Shown here: positions 1-13,718 of the stretch, one piece after another
Layout of the letters: each line of letters opens with the position of its first letter
How positions within the stretch are numbered: the stretch's first letter is position 1
DNA from: Dudresnaya verticillata
Taxonomy: Eukaryota
NCBI GenBank assembly: GCA_977862235.1
Contig: OZ374557.1
Span: 620,001 to 684,000, forward strand
DNA length: 64,000 bases
Direction: 5' to 3'
Position numbers and translations under genes: made by a program
Notes under the pieces: generated by a model
Databases searched by the model: none
What the model saw: only the letters and a program-made list of their open reading frames with translations
Told to the model about the DNA's origin: nothing

Positions 1-329
1 CGGGTACAGCTGTAAGGCCACGTGTAGGCCACATGTACACACGTGCCATCCACGTGTACAGCGATGAAGGGACAGTTGTCGTGATTAAGGGATAGTATAT
101 CCGGCAAAAGGAGTGCTCTTCTGTAAGCCCTCCTGCTGACAGCATCTATTCTGCCACACCATGTAGAAAAGTTGTTAACGATCATGGGTTCCTCCCTCTC
201 GGGTGTCCCCCCAACGCCCCACGACGTCTCCTCTTTATTGACCCTCGGCGGTCCTCTGCATTCTAATTATTGTCAGTAACCCTCGGGGAGATTTCCTCCC
301 GCACCTCCGCGTGCCAGGGTTTATAGTAG

Positions 330-1139
330 TTAAGGTCCCTCTGGGTCGGACCGGCCATGCCCCTCTGCGGGCAACTGAGTGATGACTACGGCCGCACACA
401 AGAGGGCTCTAACACGTTCCACGAGGAGCTCTCTTCCCTTTCTTTGAAAAAGGCCCCGCCCTCTCTCCGCTCGTAAACAAACCCAGTATCCTGACAGCTC
501 CAAGTACAGTATTCCGTCTTTGCCTACCGAAAATCGCCTAAGTGGGACCACTCTGAGAACTAACCAACAAACGAAGAATAAGAACACACTGCGAAACACT
601 GCTTCGCCAATTGTGGTCCCTTCACTCAAGAGCACAAAAGTTTCATTCGTGCGAACCTCTTCCCACCGTCTCCCGCTGTTCACGGCCAGCATCACCAATC
701 TTGCGAATATTCTTACAATTTCCCCGTCCCTCAACAATATTCAACCATTCAAGCGTATCTGAATAATAGTACGCACTGTAGCCACTCTGAGAGAACTTTC
801 GAACAAAGACAACGTCGACGAAGGTAACTGTTTTCTCCTTTGAACGGACCTGTTCAGCTTGTCGAGGAGGAATGGGCGGGCATGGTCTAGCTTCGCTTCG
901 AGGTTCGGGAATCCAAATGAGACCATCCCCATTGTCCTCCTTTGTGATACTAACAACAATACTCCACTTCCTACAGTAGCTATGTTTCTACGTGTTAAGC
1001 TCGCGACGCTTGAGCATTTTAGGCTTTTGCAATTCGTACAAGATTTCGCTACATGAGTCAATGAGGGTCTTGCGCGCATCTCCAGCTTCCAACCGAACGC
1101 AGAGGCCTTAGTGCCTGAGTCACTCCAAGCCCATGCCAC
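330..1139 (-). pseudogene. Degenerate ORF of unknown function (two in-frame pieces joined across a TGA at 741-743), possibly a TE accessory ORF remnant
   Basis: ORFs 741..1139 and 330..737 share a frame; no recognisable motif. Confidence 0.2.
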
Positions 1140-2573
1140 CCTGCATGTGCGGCTTTGTGTAGCCCCGGTTATGCCTACGCAATAACGCGCTCATCAGTCA
1201 TATCCTCGCGCCAAATGACGTAGAGGGTCGTTCTCAATGCAAAACGCCCCCATTGTGCATCCAGTCTATAGTTTCAATCCATTCTTCCTCCCTTACTCAC
1301 AATTTAAACGTGCTAGGTTGAATGCTACTTCCCTTCTCACCGCTATTGCAGCAATAGAGCCCGCCCACCTGAACTGTGGTCCACTCCTCCTTGCACCGGG
1401 GGCTAGAGATGTTGCTAGAGATTTATTCTAGCTATGTTCAGCAACCGCTGCTCACTGTGCTCATCTTGAAGCAAAGAGTAGCATGTTTGTAGCATTGATA
1501 GGGTTCATTGCAAGCCATGTTTGTCTTCGCCACCTCCTGTGATCTTGAAATTGAAGGGACGATTGGTTTTAAAGAATGCAAAATACTTGTCGGCACTCTG
1601 TGAAGCACCAATTTCCAATGAAGTATAGCCCCATATCATGTCTAAAACTGCATTCGTGGTAAGCTTCCCTCGTTGTAGTGAAATTCGTCGTGGGAAGGCA
1701 TCTTGTTCAAGCTGATCTTGCTTTTAGATTTCATTCTTCCTCAACGTGAGGTTAGTGAGACTGGCTATCACAGCGGTAGATAGATAGACAGGTTGAGTGC
1801 GTGTGTGTGGCAAGGATGTTGAGGCTGACAGGCACAACAGTGGGGATACATGCATGGGGCAGCGAAACGGCAGTGCAGGTACTGTGTAGTACATAGTATG
1901 GTGATGGAAGGCCCAGCAATGGCGGGACAGGCGGGCCGGGGAGGGGCGGGTCTGGGACAGGTACAGGCGGTATGGTAGACGGGTGTGGGTGTGCGTGCGC
2001 ACCCGTCGCACGGACTACTACTACAATGAGACATATAGCAATGGCGCGGCGACGAGTGTGGTCGTTGTGGCGAGGTGGTACAGAAGCGAGGAACGACAGT
2101 GAATACACGGCACAGAGAGAAGGAGGGAGAGCGGGCGCGGTGTGTAACTGGACACACTGTGCAAGCAGCGCAGGCTGGGTGATGTAGTACGGTGGGGGCG
2201 TTTCGAGTCGGTGTCCCGCCCGGGGATTTTGTTGATGTTTTTGCGGTGGTGGTGGTGGTAGACGGCCGCGGAACAGTATTAGTGCAGTGCGGTTGGGAGC
2301 AGCACAACCGAGTTGGGAGCAGGGAAGGGGAAGCCCCCCTAGTAAACACTATCACTTCAATGTGAGGACGGCTGTAGGACTGCCCGAGGACCAGGGGCAC
2401 ATTCCGAGGAGTAGTCGAGGGCCGAACGAGGAGTAGCCGTGATTCGACAGATTTGGCACTATTGGCTACAGTAGATGATTGGACGAGGACGCCCCGAGGG
2501 CAGCGACGATGGCCCGAGACCTGCACGCGTCTCCCTCCGTCGCGGAGCTCCTCGCGCGTACTTGACGACGGTA

Positions 2574-4620
2574 ATGGCGGGCGGGAAGCGCGGTGGGGGC
2601 GCGGTGCAACGCTGTGCTTCGTCCGCGAAGCGCGCGCACGGCCAGTGGCACGCGCGCTACCGCAACGCCGACGGCCAAGCTCAAGTTCAAGTCGCCGGCC
2701 GAGTTTTTCGCCGAGAATAAGGACATCGCGGGCTTCGACAACCCCGGCAAGTCGCTGTACACCACCATCCGCGAGCTCGTGGAGAACGGGCTTGACGCCG
2801 CAGAGGCCGTGGACATCCTGCCCGAGATCGAGATCGTGGTAGAGCGCATCGCGAAGGACCACTTCCGCGCCCTGGTGGGCATAGACGACGGCTGTGGGCA
2901 TGTCGATAGGCTCTGTACAAGGATGTTGAGAACGAGAAAGAGCGAAAGGCGCGACAGTCAAAGGAGCGACGGGAGGCGAAGCGCGAGAAGAAAACAGCCC
3001 CGGATGACGCCGAGGGCGCTGAGGAGCTTACGCAGCTCACCCAACTTAACCAGGAGCCATCGCAGTCGCAGTCGCAGTCTCAGTCGCAGTCGCAGCCGCA
3101 GTCGCAGTCGCAGTCGCAGTCGCAGCCGCAATCGCAGCCGCAGTCGCAGCCGCAGACTGGGAAGAGGGGGCGGGGCGGGGGAAATGAGATATTTCGTGTG
3201 ACAGTTACAGACAACGGGTCAGGAATGGCGCATGATGACGTCCCAAACATGATGGGTCGTGTGTTTGCTGGAACGAAGTACTGTGTGCGACAGACGCGCG
3301 GGAAGTTTGGTCTTGGATCGAAGATGGCTCTCATATGGTCTAAGATGAGCACCGGGCTTCCTGTCCATGTTATTACTGCCAAGGAGGGCTGCAAGAAAAC
3401 TGAGTGCGTGCTTGATATCGACATTGCACGTAACATCCCTAACTTTATCGAGCACTCACGCAAGGACAAAGCGCAAGCTTGGCGTGGGTCGAAGGTGTCA
3501 GTGACAATCGAGGGCAACTGTCTACCTACCGTTCGAAAATATTGCTGTACGTAAGGCATATGGCGGTCATAACCCCATATGCGCAGTTTCGCCTCACGTT
3601 TGTGTCGGGGCTGCCAAACGGCGACGGGAAGGATTTTGAGCTGTTGTTCTCGCGGCGAACGGACAAAATGCCACGAGCAGCTTCTGAAGCCAAGCACCAT
3701 CCTTCCTCTGTTGACCAGCTGCTGTTGAAGCAGCTCATTGGTGATGTTCGCGAAGATATGAGTCTGATTCGGTTTCTCACAACTCAGTTCGTGTCGATAC
3801 CCCGAAAGCTGGAGGAGCAGCTTATCAATGAACTCGGTTCTGATTTCACACAACACATGACGGTTGGAGAACTTACCTTGAATCACATCCGACAGATTGA
3901 CGGTCTCCTCCATGCGGCCCGCTTCGACAGGCCTGATGGCGTCTGTCTGTCTACAGCAGGAGAGTACAATTTGCGTCTGGGAATCACAGAGGAGCTGAAG
4001 CCAACCATGGTTGGAACCCACGCAGGGCCTGCAGATGTATTTGAAGGACATCCTTTCATTGCGGATGCCGGAGTCGCCCTTGGCGGCACCGGGATGAAAC
4101 CAGGTCTCAACGTGTTTCGATTTGCGAATCGTATGCCACTCTTGTCTGAAGCAGGTAATGACGTCGTATCAAAGACTGCTAGGGATACCATTCGATGGAG
4201 TAGCTATAAGATATCACCGACGACAGACCGCATTGCAGTCATATGCAGTATTGTCTCGACAAAGGTTCCTTTCAAGGGAACCGGAAAGGAGTACATTGCA
4301 GACGATGCTGACGCAATCAACGCTTGCGTCAAAAGGCAATCACCCAGTGTTGGCCTGCAACTCAAAACGAAACTTGTTCGCCAAGCGGCACAGAAAGACG
4401 CTGCGCAACGCAAAATGTTGATCACCAAGTACGCCCCTGATGTTGCGAATGCTGTAATGGGTCTTTTCCAGGAATTGAATAACCCTGAACAGGCGACGGC
4501 TGCTGCTGAGCATATACCAGCTAGCGCTGTAGGCAAGCGCATTGCTTCGCGAAAGCGGTACAGGTCGGCGAGTCTTATTAGATGTTTGAAGCGAAGAACG
4601 GTTAGTTCTGCAAAGAAGGG
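2574..4620 (+). pseudogene. TOP6B: DNA topoisomerase VI subunit B (plant/algal type), frameshifted; 3' end uncertain
   Basis: Motifs KSPAEFFAENKDIAGFDNPGKSLYTTIRELVENGLDAAE (GHKL N-box), VTDNGSG, QTRGKFGLGSKMALIWSK, GEYNLRLGI, FEGHPF, RFANRMPL, STKVPFKGTGKEYI. Single-base frameshifts near 2640, 2908 and 3520, plus a compensated pair near 4335/4352. Confidence 0.93.
3061..3153 (+). repeat. Hexamer microsatellite (CGCAGY)n, about 15 units; encodes poly(QS/QP) in the TOP6B frame
   Basis: Direct reading; frame 2913-3554 gives LYKDVENEKERK...EPSQSQSQ...QPQTGKRG...RVTVTDNG. Confidence 0.9.
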
Positions 4621-6199
4621 AGGTTTTGCGAAGGGTACTGGGTATGCTGGTTCAATTATTCAACAGTCAACAAGCTTGCACTTGTCCTCAACTGTCTTCA
4701 CGGGCGCCAGAAGCTTCGTGCGCGACAGGCCGCCTGCGTTGAATAGCAAGTCGGCGTGCGCAGCATGTCGGCATCTCCAATCACGCCCTCCCCTGTCGCT
4801 CCCTCCCTCCCGCCTTTTCTCTTGCTCACCGCCCCCACCCCGAGCTGTCCAAGGCTACACCCGCAACCACAATTATCGTCAAGGAGTACCACGTCGCCAT
4901 GCCGATGATCTCGGACGAGTGTACGTATATCTTCACAGCCCGACCATACTCCCCTCTTACTACTCTCCATCTCGTCCGGGCTCCCCCTCCGTCATCTTAA
5001 TCGGCCTCTCCGAAATACACACGCCTGGTTCCAACCGCCTGTCATAAGCGCTGCTGTATCATTCGGCAGACGGTGCGCCCTCCTGCCGTTACTGTCAGTT
5101 ACCCCCACCCCCAGCCAGTCACCCGCCCCACCCGCAACCAACGACAGTCTACGGTCCAGCACCGCCACCCAGAACGGATGCCCAAGCGCCTGCTAGGCCG
5201 CAAAAAACGTCCCAGACCTGCCGTAACTGACCACCCAGACACGTATGAACCCCCCGAGATGACGCCATGGCAGGACCCCTCGGTCATCATCCATGGGGTT
5301 GCTGTCTTTTCGCGCGTAAAGCTCATCATCCGCATCATAGAGGCCCATGACTTTGAGGGCAAGGATGTTGACATAATGGCAAGCTCTAGCGCGCCGTCGT
5401 CTGCTCTATCCACGATGTCGACCCGTACTGCTCGCTTAAGGTTGAAGATTACCACAATATTATGCATACCCAGTCGTGCAGAACTCCGCCTGCCCAGTGT
5501 GGTACTCTTCGGCATCTTCCAAAACGGTCATTGCTACTAATTGCGGCCCGGATAAAAGTGAGAATAGGATTGAAGCCTGAATGGGAGCACTTGACCTGAC
5601 CGATGGTCGCTACGACAATTCGCGACAGAGTTTCTTCAGAACTCTGGAAGGTCTCCAGCGCCTTCCGACTGTTCTCAGGCTTGTTCCATTGGTATCAGCA
5701 CAAAAGCCGGTCCAAGGGAACCGGGGCATGATATGCACAGCCATATGAATGATACTGCTGCTTGGGATGTGATTGTTGAGGACATGGTCGCTGGCGCCTC
5801 ACGTCACGGGTCAGGCACCCCAGATGGCACCCTGGCACGCTGTCACCAAACCTTCCGGAGACGACAGCCCTTTTTCCGGGCTTCCAAAATCACGGCGCAT
5901 TTAGGCCTTTTGCAAAAGCAACGTGAAACGGGCTTCTGATTGGTTGTTACAAACCGCCTCCATGGTCTATATGGCTTACAAGTGTTGTGCTGGAATTGGC
6001 GGTTATAACAGGAACGGCCAAGTGGAACGATCTGATTGGACCACATGGATGCACGTGGTATGGCATGGAATGGTGTTGGTATGACTCGCACTGTACTCCA
6101 CAAGTACACATGAACGTGCCATGCAATGTGCTGATGGCGTCCGAGTTGGTACTGCAGGGACTTGCGCTACGTGGAGCCTGACTTGTGATATCAGCAGAT

Positions 6200-6326
6200 G
6201 CAGTTGTTGTGCGGCCGACACGTTGGTTTACAGTTGGCACGTAGCTGTCGTGCGGCCGACACGTTGGTTTACAGTTATCACGTAGCTGTCGTGCGGCCGA
6301 TATGTTGGTTTACAGCTGCCACGTAG
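6200..6326. repeat. Three tandem 41-bp units (GTAGCTGTCGTGCGGCCGACACGTTGGTTTACAGTTGGCAC-like)
   Basis: Units start at about 6200, 6241 and 6282. Confidence 0.85.
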
Positions 6327-8355
6327 GCAAATCTGGGTGATTACGTGGTCAATGATCCAAGTTGGATATTCATGGACGGACTTGAGCTGGTAAGTGCGGC
6401 CACGTGGTGTGCAGTGTTGTCCGACAGCAGCCATGCGGGGACACTCGATACTTTCACGTTCCCGCCCAAAGTTGGAGTACATATGGATGGCAGGAAATGC
6501 GGTCGCAAGAGGGATTGCTGATGTCAGCAGTTAGCAACACTGGTGTGCAAGTTCCCGCCCATTTTGGTGGCGGATGTGAGTGTGCTGAGAGCATGATTTG
6601 GTAGATTTAATTGCTTTACTTTTTCCCGCCCATTTGATGATAGGGATTTTGGGCGTTTCTTCAATGATTTGTTTTGTTTGTGTTCACGCAGCAACTCATC
6701 CGAAAAGCTGATATAAGCCATGTCGGATGGTCGACTGCAGTAAACGAAGTCAAGCGACTTCCATTTCTCATCTTGTTCAACTCCAACCTCTCCATATTCC
6801 TTTTCAGTGATGACCAGTTTTGACGATCGGTGGTCCAAATAGTCTCAAGTCTATACTACACCCTCACCATCTGGAAGATGTTTTGCAGCCGGCCGATGAG
6901 GACGGCATGCGAGGCGGAAACTAGAATGCGCAGATCCTGTGTAGCATTGAAGAGGAATCGACTGCCTTGTCGCTCGCAAAGCCATGACCATCCCAGTGTG
7001 TTACCATTCCACCTTCAATTACTTGCCACTTGCCCGCTTTTCAAATCGACGAACAATGTTGGATCTCAGCATGATAACCAACGCTTGGCTTCCAGGGATG
7101 CTTTCAGGGAGACTAGAAATAGCCTTGGTCCTGATTCCACAGCAAAGTGCGCCGATCCCGTCGAAAACCTTTTTCAGTCCCACTCAAAGAGGCATTGCCA
7201 TTCAATTTTTCGTTAAACTTCGTCAAGAACCCAAATTTCGTTCCGTTCATCTCCAGGCCCACACGCCCCACTAAGCGTCTTCCCGATTTATGGCACGGAA
7301 TAGCAATAGTGTCACTCACAAACGCCATAGTCGAATCTTCGAAATGTCACCTCCCGAACGGGGTAGGGCACGATCGTGACGATTCCTTTTGTCCAGTTTC
7401 TCTACTAAAACGCAGCAAACAAAGGTGTATCATAATGCGTGACATGCGTTTTCCAGCTCTGCGTCGGGCCAACCTTTTGTCCATGGACAAAAACCTTTTA
7501 TCCAATTTTACTTGTCGCTCTGGTATTCGCCGCCGCGCTGCAAGCCCGCTCCTGGGATTGGCCACCGAGTGCCAAGATGGCGCTCCTGATTGGACGCCCT
7601 GGGTGGCACGCTTCCTTGCAGCGGCCAATGCAGCGGGAATCGCCGCAGCGCTGGGGGCGCCCCTGCCGTCCGGGGACCGGTCCGCCACATCGAGACCCGG
7701 GGGCCAGGAACCGGACCGTGGCCCTCGGTCCGGGCCGGTGTTGACGCGGGGTGCCAAGCGCCACCGCCGGGCTCTTACCACCAGGCGCACAGCATGTACA
7801 CGTCTCCACGCCACGCTCTCCAGCAATGCATTGGTGCGCGCTACTGGGGATACCCACGGATAACAGGGGGACATCTTCATCTGCATTCCTATTCGCTTAT
7901 CCGGGACATACACCCCCCTTCCCTCCCGCGGGCCACCCAGCCATGCATGTTCCCGCCAGCCGGTCGTGCCTTCTCCCTCCCTCCCCCGGCCCCCCCCCGC
8001 CATGCCTCGCTCCCGCTCCAGCCAGCTCATCCCTCCCTGGGCTCTCCACCTCAGCCATACCCGCTACCACCGCCATCTAGCGCTCTCGCCCCGTCACCCT
8101 GCTCAGTGCACACCGTGCTCTAACTATTGTGGATTCTTCCACACACACTGTCACCGCTATGCTACTCCTCTCCTTCGCAGTGAGAACACCTGCTATGCCC
8201 CACCGTCAACTGCCGACTTCACCATGATGCTGAAAATACTAAGTCTTTTCACTTACAATGAGTTGTGCTGCCAATCTTCATCGATGGAGACGAAACATCG
8301 CGCATACCCTACGCGTTCACTAACTTACATACTGCGACATTCGCAAACCCCGATG

Positions 8356-9259
8356 TGTGCTGCAAAACGTCTGAGACGATGGACCGCCGAGCAGTTCAGG
8401 GCTCGGTGGGTAGCTGCGCCCTTGGCGGTAGGTAGTCCCGTCGTGGGCAACTTGTTGGTAGAGCAAAGGGGCACGCCTTGGGCGGACTGTAGACGCCCGA
8501 GGCGGAAAGGAAGGGAAAAGGAAACAGAAAGGGAACACTTCAAGGATGATGGTAGACGTGGAAGCACGGGAGGTAGACGCTTGAGCCGTAGGCAGCGGTA
8601 GAATACGCGCGTGCGGAACGGCGAAGTCTGGACCAAGGCCGACTTGCCCGGGCGTTTACTGTTGCGTCTGGGACGGCTTACCTAAGTATAGTACGGCGGT
8701 GCAACGGCGGCGGTGCGTGCGCGTAGCGCGGGAACTTGGGACACGTGTCGTCCCGAGGCGCGTCTGACAGATCACGCGTTGCATGCAGCCACGCGCCTGA
8801 CAGATTGCCGTACAACCCCCTGTGTGGGTGCTTACACAAACACGTGGACGCGTCTGCCTTACAGCCGTGCGTGCGCGCGCACTGTAGAGCGTGCGCTTTG
8901 GATCTAATCCGATACTTGTCCGATCCCGATCCTATCCGGATCGGGCCAGCGATGCGAACGTCCGCATCCTTACAGGCGCGTATCTTACAGCTTAGGCGAT
9001 CCAGATAGCCAATCTGGATGCCGGATCCGGATCCCATCCGGATCCGTGTTACAGTGCCCCGGGGCGCCATGTCAGCCCATCACCGTACAGTGCCCGCGTG
9101 GCGCGCGGCGCGCAGTGTGCACGTGCGCCCCAGTAAGCCGTCGATGACGTGTTCGCGCGCCAACGGCGGTGGTGAGCGCCGGTGGCGGTTTCTCCGTCGG
9201 TCGACGTATTTGGTCTGCCCGCTTTCAGCGAAAAAGGGCTCGCCTCCCCTTGCACCACA
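8356..9259 (-). mobile_element. Solo LTR of gypsy family A (same family as 46701-60049)
   Basis: TGTGCTGCAA...TTGCACCACA termini; 5-bp TSD CGATG at 8351-8355 and 9260-9264; reverse complement of LTR 46701-47600. Confidence 0.95.
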
Positions 9260-9441
9260 CGATGAACTTCAAGGCACACACGAATAGCATTTAACAACAT
9301 GGCAGTAATTCCAAAGATTCTCATACTAGCAAGCTTTTCCTAACAATCGCCTACACTTCAATTCATGAATAGTACAAAGTGTATTGAGCGGTAGCGGAGA
9401 TAAAGACTTATCTTGCGAAACAATGCTGAGTCCAAAACTGT

Positions 9442-12400
9442 TCACAGGTCAAAACTGACCTTCTTGTTCTCAATTTCCAAGCGCAAACGACCGCGGCGGA
9501 CAAAGTAAATCTGTCCTTCTCTCGGTTCCCATATTTCAACGGCGGATCCATGATGCTGCTCAATGCACCTCTCCCAGTACCATCTCCACGCCTTCTCATC
9601 TTCCACAAGGGTTGAACTATCCCCAAAGATAACAAGCAGCTTTTTAGCTCTACTGCAGGCCACATTCGTACGCCTAGTTTCCTTCAGGAACCCAATGGAT
9701 CTATTCACATTACTGTGCGTCGATGATATTATAACCACGTCGTTGTCCGACCCTTGCATAGCATCAACTGTTCCAACTGTCACATTGAAGTTCTTAAACT
9801 GCTTCATGAAATCCCTCGACAGATTAGTCTGGAGAAGCATCACCTGCGAACGGTATGGAGCCAGAACAGCAACTTCAACAACCTCTTCCATTTCCCCATT
9901 TCGCGCTTGCACGCTCGCGATCCTCCGCAGCAGTGATTCCACAATCCAGCTCTCAAGGTCATTGACAAAACGTCCTTTTCCGCGCTGCAGACGCTCGAAT
10001 CGGTCTCTACAAGCAGAGGTGTCGACAATTGTGAACGGAGAGAAGGCGTCTGTGTCCTTTTCCTTGTCATTATAGTAAGCGAAGTGATTGGGAAGAACAT
10101 CCGGGTGCTGGACAAGCTCGCCATAGAATGGCACACTGTGTAGTTTTCCTATTCCGGGATGTGAGCGGTACTGTTTGCGAAGCATCGTTCCGCTGCAGCG
10201 CCGCTTTTCAACCAACCTTTCAAACAAAGACCGTATTGGATTCTTGTAATGGGCTTGGTGGTTGCCGTTAGATTGCAGGACGCTCATCGCATGATTCGAC
10301 TTGAGAACCGGGAGCAGCTGCTGGTGGTCACCTGCAAAGCAGAAATGGTTCACGTCGGAACGATTGTCAACGGAACTCAATGATATCAGACTCTCCGGCT
10401 CAAATACACTCCCCGCCTCATCATAAATTACCATATCAAACTTGGTTTGCATCGCCCGGAACGTCCCGCTCCCAACCAAACTATTCGTCGCTAGGTACAC
10501 GAGAGATTTTTGAATAGCTTCCTTACGCTCGAGAAGAAGGCTTTTCCGGTTTTGGAACTGTGGAGTCCAGCTGCTGAACTTCCTGCCAACCTTCCAGCTC
10601 GTACTTCATTGCACGTTCCCGAAGAGACTGCGACCATAAGTCCTTGAAGTCGTATTTGTGTCCGGTTATTCGTACCAGTTCTGGAACTAGGTTGTCTTCC
10701 CCGGTACCTTTCAACAACCAGCGCGCAACATTGTCGACTGCCTGATTGCTGGAGGCCGTGACCAAGATACGTATTCCTCCTCCTTTCTGCGACCCAGGAA
10801 AATTGACTTTAGCCACGTTTCTTCCATCTTCCTCTTCAATCTTCTTTGACTCCTCACTAAGGTGTCCTTTCACGGAGTGATGCAACAGCGCCATGATTAA
10901 GACACACAAGCTAGTCGTTTTTCCGGTTCCTGGAGGCCCATGAATATAACTCGCGGAATTGGAGCCCTTCTCACAGCCCCCAATGCGTCGCAAACAACTC
11001 AGAACAGCCTTTCTCTGCGAAACATTGCACTCCGACTCGGATAACGTGTCGAGGAATGCAAGGCATCCTTCATCAACACCGTTCCTGAGGGCTTCCACAG
11101 GAGTCTCAAGGTCTGTGGGTATCGCGTTTGAAGAGTCAACATCACCAAACAGAATATTCTGAAGTCCCAGCGGGAGATTTGCGACGTAGTGAATACCGCA
11201 CAGCATTCTCTGAGGCAATATCATGGTGGAGAAGGGTCGCATGTAAAGGTGGTCATCTTCCTTCGGATCCCAACCGGTGAGGATCATTCTACTCCCACAC
11301 ACTCTGACCATGACCTCATCAATCTTGCGTCCTAATCCAACTTCATCCAAGTCCTCGCGTTCAAAGTGCACGCTGCGGATCAAGAATATAGCTACCGGCG
11401 AGTCTGGTCTCTTCGGTAGCTTCAAATCGTGATACGAATCGTCTTTGAAGAAACCGACGCAAGCTGTCATTCCGGTGAGCGACCGCACAATCTGCTCATT
11501 GAGCTTCGGATCGTGGCTCTCGCAATTGAAGTTCATCAGCAGAGCGGATGGCGTGACTTTTCCAACCCTCATCATAATCAAATTCGGGCAGCGAAGATCT
11601 GTCGCTTTGCGTACGAGAAAATCCGCTCGTTGCACCAGTGTCAACCTAGGACGCCTAGCTCCGGCCTTCGGAATGCTGAACTCCTTGATAAGGTCAGCCT
11701 GCAAGCAATACTTCGCCTCCACAGTCACCACAGCCGTCCAGTGATTGGAATAGTTCCTCGCATCCCTGAGTTTGGAACAGTCTGGCTCTACATGTTGGTG
11801 GTTCCACTGCGTGGATACCTCTAGCCACTCCAAATGCTCTTCATCCAGGAGGCTACCTGCCCTTTTCCAACGCTCTTCAGACTTGTGATTACTCCACAAC
11901 CCTTGTATGAGACTGTGATCAATCTCGTGGCTTGTGACAGTGGCATAGAAAATATCATTCTCCACATCTAAAGACTTTCCTGCCTCCAAACATTGCTGGG
12001 CAGTCACGGTGCGCATCTCCTGTTCGAGTTTCTGTTCCGGGGACATCTGAATAGCATCCTCATTGTCGGAGTCAGGATAATCCAAATCTTAGCGCTCCTC
12101 GTGAGGCCCGAGCCCAACGAGAACGTGGCGCATCGCCTGAGTGTCTAGACCGTGCTTGAACTGCATCTGGTAGAGCTTCAAATCAGTACGCCTCTTCTGA
12201 CGAGCCGGACCCTGTCGAAATGCAGTCCTGCCGGATGCCGCCGGAGCGCTAGCAGCACCGGGAAGATCAGGCGATGGAGTAACCGCAGGAGACGCACGAG
12301 AAGCAGTAACACGAGGCGTCGCAGTTTGGGATGGCGTCGGGATCCCTGAAGATATCGGTGGCGGGGGTCTATCGACGGTAGGACTCGACAATGCGCCGTG

Positions 12401-13718
12401 AGGTTTCCGTCCTTGGTTGAAAACATTGCTATTCCTTGGTGTCCATCCCAGCCTGTCCAGAGCCCGCGACAGCGGCAGACGCAGGCGATGCACCATTGGC
12501 CGCGGCAGCGACAGGAATATTTTGTTGAATCTCATCCTCGTCATCCCGCGATCGCTTGCGGATATCCGCGGTAACATCAACGACTTCGGTCGTCTCCCTA
12601 ACCTGGCTAGGCTCGTTGAGGTCAATAATCGGAATATCGATGGAGGAAGTGCCCCTCGGAGCAGGCTGCCCTTTCTGCATATTCTCCCATGAGTTCCTGG
12701 AACTGCTCAGGCGTGCCTGAGAACGAAGAAAAGAGAGGTTATTCCGAGGATTATCCACTCCACAATTGAGTCTTGCCCACACCTGTTGCACAGCATAGTT
12801 ATTGTGCTTCTTCTCTTCACGAGACATGAGAAGACGTCCCGGAATCTTCTGGACATCTGCCAGCGTTGCATCATTACTAATAGCATCGTCCAGTACCTTG
12901 GGCGTGAAAATTCCCTTGAACGCATCGTTTCCAGCTTCTTTTCCATCATCTGGACATCCGTTCACCTCTTCGATCAACTTTCTGAACACACCCGAGAGAC
13001 TGCTCCTCACTCGAGGCGACGCCCCTTCCAAAGACATGAACTGATTCGCGCTATGACCAGAACAAACCAGCATCCAAACCGCAACCTCCTGGATGAGTTG
13101 TTTGCACCAGTGCGGAAGGCATTTCCTTACATCTTCAGCGGTCACAAGTTCCCCTTCGCTGTTTTGTAGAATCTGAACAAGACTCTCTGTATGCAATAGC
13201 ATACACGTCTCGGCTATTCTCCATCCCTCAACCATCGACTGATACAGAAACGAAGAGTCTTCTTGTGACGACATCATACGGGAGCCCCATGAAGCAGCTA
13301 GGTATGTCTCGAACATGCCAAGCATCGGAGCGAAGCCAACTTCGCAACCATTGCTTCCCGAGTGATGCTTTCCGAACCAACCACACAACGTACCCGCCAG
13401 CGTCACAAACCTGAGAAATTTCATGCAGCAGATCTTGCGCGCTTCCTCCGAATACCTCGAAGCGATGTCTGCGACTGTGCGAGTCTCTCCCCAATAGTTG
13501 ACTACTCCTGGGCGATCGAACGCGTCGATGAACTCCAGTGAGAACGCATCTTGCGCATCGAACGGGCGAGATGCCGCTTTGGTCCACTCGCTTTCCTTGA
13601 GAACTCGGAAAGCTGAGTTGGCTTGAAGATACCCTTTCACTTTGTTGCTCCAGACTGATGAACCCTGGGAAGACTCCATGCCGAAGATGGTCTCCCCGGG
13701 GGCGTTTCCTGAAGTCAT
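9442..13718 (-). pseudogene. UPF1/SEN1-like (DNA2/NAM7 family) superfamily-1 helicase, about 1420 codons, disrupted
   Basis: Motifs HGPPGTGKTT, VTASSNQAVDN, IYDEAG, GDHQQLLP, SLFERL, QYRSHP, APYRSQV, TVDAMQG, RRTNVACSRAK. Frameshifts near 12440 and 10545; in-frame TAA at 12089-12091. Confidence 0.88.

Noticed and set aside
2593..3201. Apparent SR (Arg/Ser)-repeat protein
   Set aside because: Out-of-frame reading of the hexamer microsatellite; the TOP6B frame encodes QS/QP repeats
6200..6326. CRISPR-like repeat array
   Set aside because: Head-to-tail units with no unique spacers, no cas genes, eukaryotic context
8400..8500. tRNA-Tyr gene inside the LTR
   Set aside because: Only separated D-arm and anticodon fragments; no T-arm or acceptor stem in order, so no cloverleaf
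10500..12450. Short introns explaining the helicase frame changes
   Set aside because: Frames rejoin with 1-bp offsets and I saw no convincing GT...AG boundaries
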